Below are positions 63,859-64,000 of a DNA stretch of 64,000 nt, in pieces. Each line of letters opens with the position of its first letter. The stretch's first letter is position 1. A program made the position numbers and the translations under genes. The stretch is from positions 96,001 to 160,000 of the forward strand of contig JBCCHT010000014.1 in assembly GCA_039028615.1 (NCBI GenBank). The letters run 5' to 3'. The notes under the pieces are model-generated. The model had not been told where the DNA came from. It saw only the letters and a program-made list of their open reading frames with translations, and did not search any database. The DNA comes from Myxococcota bacterium. Its GTDB lineage: Bacteria; Myxococcota_A; Polyangia; Nannocystales; Nannocystaceae.

Positions 63859-64000
63859 TCACTGGCAAACGCCGAGCGATTCGAAACCTTCGGGGGCCAC
63901 GCCGACGAAGTACGGCAAGCACACCGTGCCCGGGTTCGCGCTCGCGCAGCCATCGTCGGCGCCCGGGTCGTCGTGGTCGCACCACGGCGTGCAGCAGGCG
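63859..64000 (-). CDS. C-terminus of a Cys-rich myxobacterial protein (truncated by the right edge)
   Basis: Manual translation ACCTPWCDHDDPGADDGCASANPGTVCLPYFVGVAPEGFESLGVCQ*, TGA at 63859-63861. Confidence 0.7.
   Translation of the reverse strand, partial: ACCTPWCDHDDPGADDGCASANPGTVCLPYFVGVAPEGFESLGVCQ

Overview
Very GC-rich chromosomal window, most likely from a myxobacterium (Nannocystaceae-like). This inference rests on a MYXO-CTERM protein, an FHA-sigma54 activator beside a Ser/Thr kinase-TPR gene, and many Cys-rich and acidic lipoproteins. Housekeeping genes (dnaE, ndk, rlmN, rph-rdgB-tRNA-Pro-tRNA-Arg, CbpA/DnaJ-like, lipA, class IV aminotransferase, Gld-like ABC system, APC permease) alternate with small accessory islets: a haloalkane dehalogenase-like lipoprotein with a two-component system, a LysR/oxidoreductase/SnoaL set, and several secreted hydrolases. 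No CRISPR array, rRNA, integrase or transposase was seen. Most notable points: (1) a coupled two-gene unit (33259-37543) pairing an uncharacterised 816-aa multi-domain protein with a signal-less protein ending in a MepA-type murein endopeptidase domain, a possible carrier/effector antibacterial system; (2) a shared Cys-Asp-acidic-[S/T][F/Y]R motif after the lipobox of three unrelated lipoproteins; (3) a DHH phosphoesterase with permuted motif order; (4) a kinase gene split by one in-frame TAA in its GTPxY motif; (5) three sigma54-type promoters, one with tandem palindromic enhancer sites. All calls come from reading motifs by eye; no database searches were run.
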